A stretch of DNA of 64,000 bases from Harriotta raleighana (Eukaryota). Both the position numbers and the translations under genes were made by a program. The notes beneath the pieces are model-generated. The model was not told where the DNA came from, searched no databases, and worked only from the letters and a program-made list of their open reading frames with translations. Below are positions 63,363 through 64,000 of this stretch, piece by piece. Where the stretch lies: positions 2,933,209 to 2,997,208 of the forward strand of contig JBNZDD010013620.1 in the NCBI GenBank assembly GCA_050575255.1, in the 5' to 3' direction. Positions within the stretch are counted from its first letter, which is position 1. Every line of letters begins with the position of its first letter.

Positions 63363-64000
63363 TTTTTCATGTCTCTAATACCCCTTACGTTTATGTCCCT
63401 GCAATGTTGAGATAAACTGGTAGGACTGTTCTCTAGGTATAGCTGGACTAGACCCCACATGACTCGAGTCTAATTTCTGGGGATCTGAACTCAACTGATC
63501 TGAAAACGTTCTTGATGTTGGAAATTCTGTCTGTTTTCAAATTAAATTTCCAGAGGCAGACAGGGTTGGTTCGGGGGCAAACTTGCAATTTAAAAGCAGC
63601 ATAACCTATTTATTCTAATATTCAGTGGATGCTATATTTTCCTCACATTACTACATTAGCAGTTACATTATGGTTTGTCAAATCTAATATTGCTCTTTTG
63701 TATATTTTGTATTCATTTGTGTCAATCAGAAGTACTTTTCAGTAATTTAAAACCAGACCACCCCTAACAAGATAGAAATGCCAAATTATAGACATTATTA
63801 AGATGAAAAATGTCTAGCAGATGGAAAGTAGTAATTGAATATCTTGTTTTTTGACGATGTTTACGAACTATTCCAACTTTAATTCAATTACTGCCAATCT
63901 TCTCTGTTTCTATAAGTGTAAAATCCATGACCTGCTGAAATGAGTCAATGCAGCTGTAATGCATAATGCATCCTTTCGAGTTCTGCTGCTGCTTGTCTGT

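Overview
This is AT-rich vertebrate genomic DNA with no intact protein-coding ORF. The repeat content suggests a cartilaginous fish, most plausibly a chimaera or elephant shark (inference from the repeat families only). It reads as the interior of a very large intron or a gene desert. It is dense in decayed retroposons: L2 LINE 3' fragments ('HWLPIxQRIxFKIL' RT C-terminus plus a stem-loop/(TTG)n tail), CR1 fragments, an abundant young tRNA-headed SINE with an L2-type tail, and older Deu-domain and other SINEs. It also holds a 700-bp Tigger/pogo-type MITE, a palindromic Penelope-derived element with degenerate hammerhead cores, a possible Helitron 5' end, and an unclassified ~180-bp dispersed repeat. 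There is one good + strand exon candidate (48015-48080) and several weaker ones; I could not identify the host gene. Repeat-free blocks rich in PBX-HOX/MEIS motifs may be conserved enhancers. Six direct duplications flanking N bases are probably assembly artifacts (uncollapsed haplotypes or overlaps). I found no convincing new multi-gene system. Most repeat boundaries are approximate (about +/-20 nt).
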